A DNA stretch of 64,000 bases from positions 151,888 to 215,887 of the forward strand of contig CAVWFB010000003.1 in assembly GCA_963754265.1 (NCBI GenBank), given 5' to 3'. The notes under the pieces are model-generated. The model saw only the letters and a list, made by a program, of their open reading frames with translations, was not told the DNA's origin and ran no database searches. Shown in pieces: positions 43,646 to 52,422 of this stretch. The DNA is from an uncultured Actinomycetes bacterium. Lineage in GTDB: Bacteria; Actinomycetota; Thermoleophilia; Gaiellales; Gaiellaceae. A program made the position numbers and the translations under genes. The stretch's first letter is position 1. The number at the start of each line of letters is the position of its first letter.

Positions 43646-44632
43646 ATGCCACCGCCCGTGCGCCGCTTCGTCACCGCCTCAGCCGTCGTCACGCTGCTCG
43701 CGCTCGTGTACGCCGGGCTCGCCGCTGCCGGCAACGGAGGCCTCGCGCCTCCGAGCCCCGCCTCCCCGAACGCGGCCGACATCCGCGACATCTACTGGCT
43801 GATCCTCCTGATCACGGGCGCGATCTTCGTGCTCGTCGAAGGCGCGCTGTTCCTGTTCGTGATCAAGTACCGCAGCAAGGGGAGGCCGCGCGAGGCGGAG
43901 GGGCCGCAGGTGCGAGGCCACACGAACCTCGAGCTCGCCTGGACCGTCGGCCCGGTCGTGATCCTCGCGATCATCGCCGGCTTCGTCTTCTACAAGATCG
44001 CCGGTGTCGACAACACGAATGCGCAGGGCGCGACGGCGGCCGAGCAGGTGCGGGTCGAGGGCCACCAGTTCTACTGGGAGTTCGTCTATCCCAACGGAGC
44101 CATCTCGATCGACACCCTGCGGCTCCCGTACAACCGCAACGTCCGGCTCCAGATCGTCAGCGACGACGTCAACCACAGCTGGTGGGTCCCCGCGCTGAAC
44201 GGGAAGAGGGACGCGATTCCCGGCAAGGTGAACTACCTGTCCTTCCTCCCCGACAAGCTCGGCACCTTCACCGGCCAATGCGCCGAGTTCTGCGGAATCC
44301 AGCATGCGGCGATGATCGCCCACGTCAAGGTTCTGCCCCGGGCCCAGTACGACGCCTTCGTGCGTACGCGGCGGAGCTCCCTCCTCGCTCTGGGCAAGGA
44401 GACCTTCGATGGAGTCTGCGCCAAGTGCCACGGTCTCGCGGGCGAGGGTGACATCGGCCCGCCGATCGCCCAGAGCCCGCTGCTCAAAGATCGTGTGGCT
44501 CTGGCGACGCTGCTGCGAAACGGCGTCGGCCAGATGCCGGCGGTGGGCAAGGACTGGCCCGCGAGGCAGTTCGTGGCGCTCTTCGCGTACCTGAACCGGC
44601 GCTTCGGACAGGGAGCCGGCAGTGGCGGCTAG
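43646..44632 (+). CDS. ctaC: cytochrome c oxidase subunit II with a fused C-terminal cytochrome c domain (caa3-type)
   Basis: Two TMs and the CuA site 'HSWWVPALNGKRDAIPG...GQCAEFCGIQHAAM'. The C-terminal haem-c motif is 'CAKCHG' with a distal 'GQMPA'. ATG 43646 is preferred over the longer track ORF. Confidence 0.9.
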   Translation: MPPPVRRFVTASAVVTLLALVYAGLAAAGNGGLAPPSPASPNAADIRDIYWLILLITGAIFVLVEGALFLFVIKYRSKGRPREAEGPQVRGHTNLELAWTVGPVVILAIIAGFVFYKIAGVDNTNAQGATAAEQVRVEGHQFYWEFVYPNGAISIDTLRLPYNRNVRLQIVSDDVNHSWWVPALNGKRDAIPGKVNYLSFLPDKLGTFTGQCAEFCGIQHAAMIAHVKVLPRAQYDAFVRTRRSSLLALGKETFDGVCAKCHGLAGEGDIGPPIAQSPLLKDRVALATLLRNGVGQMPAVGKDWPARQFVALFAYLNRRFGQGAGSGG

Positions 44633-46262
44633 GGCAGAGCGGCCACCCGCCTCGATCGTCGTCTCGCGCGGCCCGGTCACGAGCTGGCTGACGACCGTCG
44701 ACCACAAGCGGATCGGGATCCTCTACATCGTCACGAGCCTCGCCTTCTTCGGGCTCGGCGGCATCCTGGCGCTGCTGATGCGGGCCCAGCTCGCCACGCC
44801 GAACGAGGACTTCGTCACCAAGAACTCCTACAACGAGCTGTTCACCATGCACGGGACGACGATGATCTTCCTCGTCGTCGTCCCGATCCTCGCGGGCTTC
44901 GGCAACTACCTCGTGCCGCTCATGATCGGCGCGCGCGACATGGCCTTCCCGCGCCTGAACGCGCTCTCCTACTGGCTCTTCCTGCTCGGCGGGATCATCC
45001 TCTACTCGAGCTGGTTCGCCTCGGGCGGGGCGCCCAAGGGCGGCTGGACCGGCTACGCGCCGCTGACCGAGGCGCCCTTCACGCCGGGCCACGGGATCGA
45101 CCTCTGGATCCTGTCGCTCCACGTCCTGACCATCTCCTCGCTCGCGGGCGCGATCAACTTCCTGGTCACGATCCACAACATGCGCGCGCCGGGGATGTCC
45201 TGGATGCGGATGCCGCTGTTCGTCTGGTCGATGGAGGTCTACGCGGCGTTGCTCGTCGTCGTGCTGCCCGCGCTCTCGGCCGGGCTGACGATGCTCCTGC
45301 TCGACCGCCAGGTGGGAACGCACTTCTTCTTCCCGCAGAAGGGCGGCAACGCCGTGCTCTTCCAGCACGTGTTCTGGTTCTTCGGGCACCCCGAGGTCTA
45401 CATCATGATCCTGCCCGCGATGGGGATCATCTCCGAGGTCATCCCCGTCTTCTCGCGGAAGCCGATCTTCGGCTACACGGCGATCGCGCTCTCGACGGTG
45501 GCGATCGGGTTCTACTCGATGCTCGTCTGGGCCCACCACATGTTCGCGGTGGGCCTACCCGGCTATTTGCAGGGATTCTTCATGATCTCGTCGATGATCA
45601 TCGCGGTGCCGACCGGGATCAAGATCTTCAACTGGCTCGCCACGACCTGGCGCGGGAACATCCACTTCGACACGCCGATGCTGTTCGCCCTCGGCTTCAT
45701 CGCCGTCTTCACGATCGGCGGGCTCTCGGGGATCTTCGTCGCCGCCTATCCGTTCGACTGGCAGGCCACCGACACCTACTTCGTCGTCGCGCACCTGCAC
45801 TACGTGCTCTTCGGCGGGTCGCTCTTCGGGATCTTCGCCGGGCTCGCCTACTGGTGGCCCAAGATGTTCGGCCGCATGCTCGACGAGCGGCTGGGCAAGA
45901 TCAGCTTCTGGCTCATCTTCGCCGGCATGAACCTCACTTTCTTCCCGATGCACATGCTCGGCCTGCTCGGAATGCCGCGGCGCATCTACACGTACACCGA
46001 GGGCGGTCTCTGGGAGTGGTACAACCTGACGTCGACGATCGGCTCGGGCGTGATGACCCTCGGAATCCTCGTATTCGCCTGGAACATCCTCAAGACCTCC
46101 CGCTCGGGACCGCGCGCGGTCAACGACCCCTGGCTCGCGGACACGCTCGAGTGGTACACGACCTCGCCGCCCCCGCCGCACAACTTCGACAAGGTTCCCT
46201 ACGTGTCGAGCCCGAGACCCCTCCGAGATCTCCGGCGCCGGATCGCCGAGGCCCGTGTCTGA
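44622..46262 (+). CDS. ctaD: cytochrome c oxidase subunit I
   Basis: 546 aa. 'TTVDHKRIGILY', 'FTMHGTTMIFLVVVP', 'WFFGHPEVYIMILPAMG', 'HHMFAVG', 'HFHYVL-like HLHYVLFGG'. Confidence 0.95.
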   Translation: MAARAERPPASIVVSRGPVTSWLTTVDHKRIGILYIVTSLAFFGLGGILALLMRAQLATPNEDFVTKNSYNELFTMHGTTMIFLVVVPILAGFGNYLVPLMIGARDMAFPRLNALSYWLFLLGGIILYSSWFASGGAPKGGWTGYAPLTEAPFTPGHGIDLWILSLHVLTISSLAGAINFLVTIHNMRAPGMSWMRMPLFVWSMEVYAALLVVVLPALSAGLTMLLLDRQVGTHFFFPQKGGNAVLFQHVFWFFGHPEVYIMILPAMGIISEVIPVFSRKPIFGYTAIALSTVAIGFYSMLVWAHHMFAVGLPGYLQGFFMISSMIIAVPTGIKIFNWLATTWRGNIHFDTPMLFALGFIAVFTIGGLSGIFVAAYPFDWQATDTYFVVAHLHYVLFGGSLFGIFAGLAYWWPKMFGRMLDERLGKISFWLIFAGMNLTFFPMHMLGLLGMPRRIYTYTEGGLWEWYNLTSTIGSGVMTLGILVFAWNILKTSRSGPRAVNDPWLADTLEWYTTSPPPPHNFDKVPYVSSPRPLRDLRRRIAEARV

Positions 46263-47442
46263 CGTGACCCCGGGACCGTGGCTGCGACTGACCGCGATCG
46301 TGGCCGCCGCGGGGTGCGGCGCCGCGGTCGTGAGCGGCGCGCTCGAGCTCGGCGCCGCGCACCGCGGCCTGGCAGCCGTGGCGCTGCCGCCGCTCGCCGC
46401 GCTCGTCGCCGCGGCCTGGGTCGCGCACCGGCGGCTGCTGCTCCCGGCGCTCGGGGCGCTCGTCTCGTTCCTCGCTGCCGCGCTCGTGATCACCCGGCCG
46501 GCCCACCTCGCGCTGGCGGGCCTCTCGCTCGCCTCGGCGCTCGTGGCCGCGGCCTGGTGCTTCCGCGGCGAGCCCGTGGCGAGCGCATCGTGGCGCGACT
46601 ACGTCACCCTGACCAAGCCGCGGATCATGACCCTGCTGCTGCTGACCGGCGCGGCCGGGATGTTCGTCGGCGCGGAGGGCGTGCCGCCGCTCTCGACCTT
46701 CGTCGTGACGATGGTCGGCCTGGCGCTGGCCTGCGGCGGAGCGAGCGCGCTCAACCACGTCCTCGACCGCGACCTCGACCGGTTGATGCGCCGAACGGGG
46801 CACCGCCCGGTCGCGGAGGAACGGGTCACCCCGGCCCGCGCGCTCGAGTTCGGGCTCGCGCTCTCGGCCTTCTCGTTCGTGCTGCTGGCCTCGATGGTCA
46901 ACGTCCTGACCGCGGTGCTCGCGCTGGTCGGCAACCTCTTCTACGTCCTCGTCTACACCCGCTGGCTCAAGCGCTCGACACCGCAGAACATCGTCATCGG
47001 CGGCGCGGCGGGAGCGGTGCCGCCGCTCGTCGGCTGGGCCGCCGCCACCGGGAACCTGACGCTGCCGGCGCTGTTCCTGTTCCTGATCGTGTTCTTCTGG
47101 ACACCGCCGCACTTCTGGGCCCTTGCGCTCGTGATCAAGCGGGACTACGAGGCGGCCCGGATCCCGATGCTCCCGGTCGTGCGCGGAGACCGCGAGACCG
47201 CCCGCCAGATCGTCTGGTACTCGATCGTGCTCGTCGCGGTGACGCTGCTGCCGTTCGCGTGGCACACGGCTGGCGTCCTCTACCTCTCGGCGGCCCTGCT
47301 GCTGGGAGCGATCTTCCTCCGCCTCGCCTGGCGGCTGCGCCGCGAGACGACCACAGCTCGCGCCGGCGTGCTCTTCAAGTACTCGCTCCTCTACCTCGCG
47401 CTGCTGTTCGTGGCGCTCGCGGTGGACCCGCTGATCGGATGA
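46255..47442 (+). CDS. ctaB: protohaem IX farnesyltransferase (haem O synthase) with a ~105-aa N-terminal membrane extension
   Basis: The canonical CtaB core starts at 'WRDYVTLTKPRIMTLLLLT' and includes 'ALNHVLDRDLDRLMRRTGHRP' and 'FFWTPPHFWALA'. About 105 hydrophobic residues precede it. GTG 46255 overlaps the ctaD end. Confidence 0.88.
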   Translation: MSDVTPGPWLRLTAIVAAAGCGAAVVSGALELGAAHRGLAAVALPPLAALVAAAWVAHRRLLLPALGALVSFLAAALVITRPAHLALAGLSLASALVAAAWCFRGEPVASASWRDYVTLTKPRIMTLLLLTGAAGMFVGAEGVPPLSTFVVTMVGLALACGGASALNHVLDRDLDRLMRRTGHRPVAEERVTPARALEFGLALSAFSFVLLASMVNVLTAVLALVGNLFYVLVYTRWLKRSTPQNIVIGGAAGAVPPLVGWAAATGNLTLPALFLFLIVFFWTPPHFWALALVIKRDYEAARIPMLPVVRGDRETARQIVWYSIVLVAVTLLPFAWHTAGVLYLSAALLLGAIFLRLAWRLRRETTTARAGVLFKYSLLYLALLFVALAVDPLIG

Positions 47443-47558
47443 GCGAGCACGAGCTCGAGCGGAAGAACATGCGTCTCGGCTGGGCGCTCTTCGGACTCTT
47501 CGTGCTCCTGTTCGGCCTGACGGTCGTGGTCGCGCTGATCTACCTCGCCGTCGACTGA
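47439..47558 (+). CDS. 39-aa single-TM peptide translationally coupled to ctaB (cytochrome-oxidase-associated small protein?)
   Basis: ATG 47439 overlaps the ctaB TGA (ATGA). 'MSEHELERKNMRLGWALFGLFVLLFGLTVVVALIYLAVD'. Confidence 0.5.
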   Translation: MSEHELERKNMRLGWALFGLFVLLFGLTVVVALIYLAVD

Positions 47559-47562
47559 GCGG

Positions 47563-47589
47563 CACGGGGAAACCCCTGGTTCCCCCGTG
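47563..47589 (+). terminator. hairpin after the cta cluster (possible terminator)
   Basis: 'CACGGGGAA'..'TTCCCCCGTG' is a near-perfect inverted repeat 5 nt after stop 47558. There is no clear T-tract. Confidence 0.4.
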
Positions 47590-47814
47590 AGCCCCCTCCT
47601 TGCGAACGACTTCGAGCTCCGCGCGTGGCCGGAGCCGGCGGCGGGCAAGAATCTGCAAGCGTCTTTTGCGGTGATGTGCCTCCCGCCGGGCAAAGCCCGG
47701 CTCCGGCGGCCGGTCGTCGCGGCGAATTACAGGCGATGCTTTCTCTTACTGCGGTTCTCCCGGCCTCCTCCCCGAGGCGACCGTAACGAGAATTTCCGCA
47801 CCAGTGGGTGCCGA

Positions 47815-48951
47815 ATGTGCGCCGAACCTGTGACGCCGCTCGAAGGGATCTTCCTCGCTCGGCCCGATACCCCGGGCGAAGGGATCACACTCGCGGTCAA
47901 GGACCTGTTCGACACGGCGGGCCTGGTCACGACCTACGGCTCGATCCTCTTCGACGAGCACGTGCCGACGGTGACCGCGGAGGCGGTTCAGCGGCTCGAG
48001 GCGGCCGGGTACGCCGACGTCGGCAAGACGAACCTGCACGAGTTCGCGTACGGGACGACCTCCGAGAACCCCCACTTCGGGACGGTTCCGAACCCGGTCG
48101 CGCCGGGCCGCATCGCCGGCGGCTCGAGCGGCGGTTCGGCAGCGGCGCTCGCGGCCGGCCTCGCCGAGGCGGCTCTCGGCACGGATTCCGGCGGCTCGAT
48201 CCGGATTCCGGCCGCGTGTTGCGGCGTGGTGGGCTTCAAGCCCAGCTACGGGCTCGTGTCGATGCTGGGCTGCTTCCCGCTCGCGCCGAGCTTCGACCAC
48301 GCGGGGCCGATGGCCCGCGACGTCGCGGGCTGCGCCGCGATGCTGGAGGCGCTGGCTCCCGGCTTCGAGCCTGCGGAGCTCGACCTCGGGGACGTCGAGG
48401 TCGGAGTCGCCTGGCTCGAGCACGCCGAGCCCATGGTCCGCGAGCGGGTCGAGGCCGCCGCCGCGCGGTTTCCACGCACGCGCAGCCTCGAGCTGCCCCT
48501 CGCCCACAAGGTCGAAGGGGCCTTCATGGGCGAAGTGGCGGACGTGCACCGCGAGCTCTTCCTCGAGCACGCAGAGTCGTACGGCGAGAACGTCCGCACG
48601 AAGGTCGAGCGCTGCCTCGCGCTGAGCGATGCCGAGTACGAGTCCTCGGCAGCCGAGCGGGAGCGCTACCGCGAGCGGTTCCAGCAGGCTGCGGCGGGCG
48701 TCGACCTGGTGCTCACGCCCACGCTCGTCCGCGTCGCTCCGCCTGCTCCCACCGACGAGCTCGCGATTCGCTCTCGGCTGACCTCTCTGACGCTCCCCTT
48801 CAACGCCACCGGCTGGCCGGCGCTCGCGCTTCCGTGCGGAGCCGCCGACGACGGGCTGCCCGCTTCCGTCCAGCTGGCCGCCCCGCCGGGCGAGGACGCC
48901 AGTGTCCTGGCCGCCGGCGCCGCGCTCGAGCGGGCGCTGTCACTCGGTTGA
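47815..48951 (+). CDS. amidase-signature family amidase (GatA-like)
   Basis: 'LAVKDLFDTAGLVTTYGS', 'GKTNLHEFAYGTTSENPHFG', 'GGSSGGSAAALAAGL', 'GTDSGGSIRIPAACCGVVGFKPS'. I chose ATG 47815 because the upstream part of the track ORF crosses low-GC non-coding-like sequence. Confidence 0.88.
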   Translation: MCAEPVTPLEGIFLARPDTPGEGITLAVKDLFDTAGLVTTYGSILFDEHVPTVTAEAVQRLEAAGYADVGKTNLHEFAYGTTSENPHFGTVPNPVAPGRIAGGSSGGSAAALAAGLAEAALGTDSGGSIRIPAACCGVVGFKPSYGLVSMLGCFPLAPSFDHAGPMARDVAGCAAMLEALAPGFEPAELDLGDVEVGVAWLEHAEPMVRERVEAAAARFPRTRSLELPLAHKVEGAFMGEVADVHRELFLEHAESYGENVRTKVERCLALSDAEYESSAAERERYRERFQQAAAGVDLVLTPTLVRVAPPAPTDELAIRSRLTSLTLPFNATGWPALALPCGAADDGLPASVQLAAPPGEDASVLAAGAALERALSLG

Positions 48952-49005
48952 CGTCACTCGAACGAGTGACTGCGCGCGAAGGGCGGGTGCCGACAACTTC
49001 TGCTG

Positions 49006-50853
49006 ATGGTCTGCGCCCGTCTTACTGCTGCGTTCGTTGCCGCGCTCGCGGTCGCCGCGCCCGCCGGCTCGGCCCTGGCCGCCAACCGCGGACCGCAGGG
49101 GCTGCACGCCTTCACCTTGCGTGCGAACGAGCCCGTCGTGCACACCTTCTCGCGCACCCCGTCGTTTGCCTGGAACCCCGTCGCCGGCGCGGTGACGTAC
49201 CGCTTCGAGCTCTCGACGAGCAAGAACTTCTCGGACAGCGGCATCGTCTGGTCGAGCAAGGGGTTGAAGAGCCCGGCCGTCTCGGTCCCGATCTCACTCC
49301 CCTGGATGACCGGCAACCCCTATTCGCTCTATGCGCACGTGCGCGCGCTCACGCGCCGCGGCGTGACCGCCTGGAGCGCCCCGTTCGGGTTCAACATGCG
49401 CTGGTCGGCGGTCCCGGCCCCGGTCACGCCCGCGTACCCGGGCCTGCTGCACTGGAGCACGGTCCCCGGCGCGAACGCCTACATGGTCTGGCTCGTCGAC
49501 GCCGGCAAGTGGTTCTCGACGCGCTCGAACATGGCGGACGAGCGCGAGTACTACACCTTCCACCAGGACCCGGCCTACAGCGGCGTCGTGCACTGGCGCG
49601 TTCGTCCAGTTCGCTGGCTCTACGGCGAGACGGAGAACGGCTTGCCCTCGGTCTCATACGGACCCTGGAGCCCGATCTACTCGAACTACAACCCGCCGTT
49701 CGCGACGGGCCCGCTGACCGACCTCGCCACCGTTTCGAACGTCGTCTCCGACGCGAGCCACGCGCGCGAGCACGAGGTCATGCCCGCGTTCGTCTACGGG
49801 GGCAACACGTCGATCTGGAACACGACGCAGGAGCTCTACCGCGTCGAGGTCTTCACCGACGAGGATTGCCTCAACACCGTCTTCCGCGGCGCGATCACCG
49901 GCGCACCGGCCTACGTGCCGCGCCCGACAGGACCTCTCGGCTTGCCGACCGACGTCACCTCGATCACGGCAGCCCGGAGCGTGTTCCTGCCCGACGGGAC
50001 CGAGCCCGACTCGTACACGTACGACTACATCTCGGTGAAGGGCAACGAGTCGGAGGTCTCCGCGGCACCGACGGACGGCGGGCACACCGGCCTCCCGGCG
50101 GCCCAGGTCGTCAAGGGAGCCAAGATCGACCTCTGGGACAGCAACTGGTCCGGCGGCCGCTACTACTGGACGGTCATGCCGATCAACGCCGTGCCGGCAA
50201 CGACGGTCACGACGACGCTCGCGAACGCGGCACTCGCGGGAGACACGACCATCACCGTCGCCAACGGCACCGGGATCGTCGCCGGTGACGCCCTCAAGGT
50301 CGGTTCCCCCGCCGGCGAGAACGCCGTCGTGAAGTCGATCGTCGGGAACTCGATCACGCTGGCCTCCGGCCTCAGCGCCCTCCACAGCGCCGGCGAAGAT
50401 GTCGTCCGCGCGGGCGGCGGAGTCACCTACCGCGAGGCGGAGCTGACGCAGGATGCCTGCGCCAGCGGCCGCCGGATGAGCTTCGGCAAGTCGAGCGAGC
50501 CGGTCGTCACCGGCTCGGCGGCGCCGTTCGCCTCGGGCCTCTCGCCCGAGGGCAAGCTCGTCGCCGCGGTCGGGGCCCGGCCTCGCTTCTACGGCCAGCC
50601 GCTCGTCGCGTGGCAGCCGGCGGCAGGCGCGGATCAGTACGAGGTGCAATGGAGCCCGAAGCTCTACCCGTGGAAGACCGCGGGGACCCAGTTCACCTGG
50701 GGGACGTCACTCACGCTCCCGCTCTCCCCCGGCACGTGGTACTACCGCGTGCGCGGCCTCGACTTCCTGATGGCCGGCTCGAAGCCGCAGATGTCGTGGT
50801 CGGACCCGGTGCGGCTCGTCGTGACGAAGCCGCGCTTCCGGGTCGTTCGCTAG
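49006..50853 (+). CDS. secreted 615-aa protein with repeated FN3/Ig-like 'WxxVxGAxxY' modules (hypothetical)
   Basis: Signal peptide 'MVCARLTAAFVAALAVAAPAGSALA'. Modules are 'FAWNPVAGAVTYRFELS', 'LHWSTVPGANAYMVWLV' and 'VAWQPAAGADQYEVQWS..GTWYYRVRGL'. Confidence 0.75.
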   Translation: MVCARLTAAFVAALAVAAPAGSALAANRGPQGLHAFTLRANEPVVHTFSRTPSFAWNPVAGAVTYRFELSTSKNFSDSGIVWSSKGLKSPAVSVPISLPWMTGNPYSLYAHVRALTRRGVTAWSAPFGFNMRWSAVPAPVTPAYPGLLHWSTVPGANAYMVWLVDAGKWFSTRSNMADEREYYTFHQDPAYSGVVHWRVRPVRWLYGETENGLPSVSYGPWSPIYSNYNPPFATGPLTDLATVSNVVSDASHAREHEVMPAFVYGGNTSIWNTTQELYRVEVFTDEDCLNTVFRGAITGAPAYVPRPTGPLGLPTDVTSITAARSVFLPDGTEPDSYTYDYISVKGNESEVSAAPTDGGHTGLPAAQVVKGAKIDLWDSNWSGGRYYWTVMPINAVPATTVTTTLANAALAGDTTITVANGTGIVAGDALKVGSPAGENAVVKSIVGNSITLASGLSALHSAGEDVVRAGGGVTYREAELTQDACASGRRMSFGKSSEPVVTGSAAPFASGLSPEGKLVAAVGARPRFYGQPLVAWQPAAGADQYEVQWSPKLYPWKTAGTQFTWGTSLTLPLSPGTWYYRVRGLDFLMAGSKPQMSWSDPVRLVVTKPRFRVVR

Positions 50854-51887
50854 CTGCGCTCGAGGAGCCGCCGATCCGACCGGCTGCGCTGCGTCCGCGC
50901 AGCGACGAGGGCGAGTCCGCCCAGTAGGAGCAGCGGGCCGGCGACGATCAGCGCGTAGAGCAGGATCTGCAGCTCGCGGGCCAGCACCGAGCCCGCGTCG
51001 TCGAGCGTCCGGTCGAGGCGGCTCGATGCCGCGGCCGCTTTCAGCTTCGGCGTCACGAGCGTGAGACTGAGGCGAGCGAGGTCGGCGCGGCGCACGGTGC
51101 CCGCGCGTCGCTTCAGCATCGTGGCGAGCCGCTGCTCGTCCACGGCGAGCTGCTGCTCGAGCCTGGCCCGCTCGCTCACACTGAGGGGCCCGCGAAGGCG
51201 AGCCGCGATGGCGGAGATGGCCCGCCTGAGAGCAGCGATCCGAGCTGCTTGCCGATCCGCTCGCTGCTGGAGGTCCTGGATGGAGATCTTCTGCGCGAGC
51301 AGCGTGCCGTAGCCCGAGAGATCGGCGATCGCAGCCTGCACTTGGCCGATCGGCACCCGCAGGACGAGCGTGGACACCCCGCGGCGTCCAGGCACATCGA
51401 ACGAAGCGCTCACCACGAAACCGCCGAGCGAGCGAACCAGCCGCATCGCCTGCTGCGTGCGGGTGGACAGCTCGTCCGCGTCGTGTACCCGCAAGGTCAG
51501 GGCGGCGTCGTACTGCTGCAGGCGGTCTCGAGCTGGCGCAAGAGCGCCACTCCTGGCCTGGAGCTTCCAGGCCGGGACTGGGAAAGAGCGTGACATGCCG
51601 GCCTGCGTGTCCCGAGCGGCCGTGCTCGTCTCGGACGCGCCGACTTGGTGCTCTCGCGAGCCCGAGTGGACAAGACCAATCGCGGCCGCGACGCAGAGCG
51701 ACCCGGCCAGAGCAACGAGCGCAACCGCTGGAGCGAGTCGCCGCAGGCTTGGAAGCATTCGGCGCGACGGAGGCGGTGCAAGCGTTTCGATCCGCTCCCG
51801 CAGCTCCGCCGAGGCCCTCGGTTGCGAGGCCCGTAACTCGCGCGCGAGCTCCCCGAACCGGTCGTCTACGAGCTCAAGCGGCGACAC
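50850..51887 (-). CDS. DUF4349-like membrane protein, probable anti-sigma partner
   Basis: The start overlaps the ECF sigma gene end by 14 nt. One TM after a short cytoplasmic segment, 'LTLRVHDADELSTRTQQAMRLVRSLGGFVVSAS' (DUF4349-like), a coiled-coil segment and a C-terminal TM. Confidence 0.65.
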   Translation of the reverse strand: MSPLELVDDRFGELARELRASQPRASAELRERIETLAPPPSRRMLPSLRRLAPAVALVALAGSLCVAAAIGLVHSGSREHQVGASETSTAARDTQAGMSRSFPVPAWKLQARSGALAPARDRLQQYDAALTLRVHDADELSTRTQQAMRLVRSLGGFVVSASFDVPGRRGVSTLVLRVPIGQVQAAIADLSGYGTLLAQKISIQDLQQRADRQAARIAALRRAISAIAARLRGPLSVSERARLEQQLAVDEQRLATMLKRRAGTVRRADLARLSLTLVTPKLKAAAASSRLDRTLDDAGSVLARELQILLYALIVAGPLLLLGGLALVAARTQRSRSDRRLLERS

Positions 51888-52386
51888 CGGCGCTCACCTC
51901 CTTCTCGAGCTTCTGCAGGGCGCGGCTCAGGCGCGTCGAGCACGCGCTCACGCTGATCCCGAGCACTCGCGCCGTCGCCTCGCCGTCCAGCTCGAGCACG
52001 ACCCGCAGCGCGATCACCTCGCGCTCGGCGGCCGACAGCTGCGCCAGAGCGCGCTCCAGCGCCGGCGACAGCCCTTCGCCGAACACCGGCTCCACGCTCT
52101 CGCGCACCTCGGCGACCGCGTAGCGCCCCTCGCGCCTGCGGCGGCGCTCCTCGCTTCGGAAGTGGTCGAGCGCCGTCGTGCGCGCGAGCTGGCAGAGCCA
52201 CGTGCGCGGCCCGCCGCGGCGCGGGTCGAAGCGGTGCCAGCGCTCCAGCGCCCTCGCAAACGTCTCGGCTGTCAGGTCTTCGGCCACGGCTCGGTCTCCG
52301 GTCAGGTACACGAGGAATGCATGCACGTCGTCGAGGTGGCGCGTCGCCGCCTCGGCGAAGTCCTCCGCGCTCGCCCTCGCCTTCAC
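51874..52386 (-). CDS. ECF-type RNA polymerase sigma factor
   Basis: 170 aa. 'AEDLTAETFARALERWHRFDPRRGGPRTWLCQLARTTALDHFR', region 4 'LSAAEREVIALRVVLELDGEATARVLGISVSACSTRLSRALQKL'. Confidence 0.85.
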   Translation of the reverse strand: MKARASAEDFAEAATRHLDDVHAFLVYLTGDRAVAEDLTAETFARALERWHRFDPRRGGPRTWLCQLARTTALDHFRSEERRRRREGRYAVAEVRESVEPVFGEGLSPALERALAQLSAAEREVIALRVVLELDGEATARVLGISVSACSTRLSRALQKLEKEVSAGVAA

Positions 52387-52422
52387 GAGACCTATACGCC
52401 GCCGCGGCCCCGCGGCGTCACA

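Noticed and set aside
47590-47814. Lower-GC 225-nt stretch upstream of the amidase gene, with small hairpins (CCGGGC-AAA-GCCCGG, GCACC-AGTG-GGTGC), considered as a riboswitch or sRNA.
   Set aside because: I recognise no known riboswitch consensus, and the hairpins are short and unremarkable at this GC content. I treat it as an ordinary promoter/5'-UTR region.
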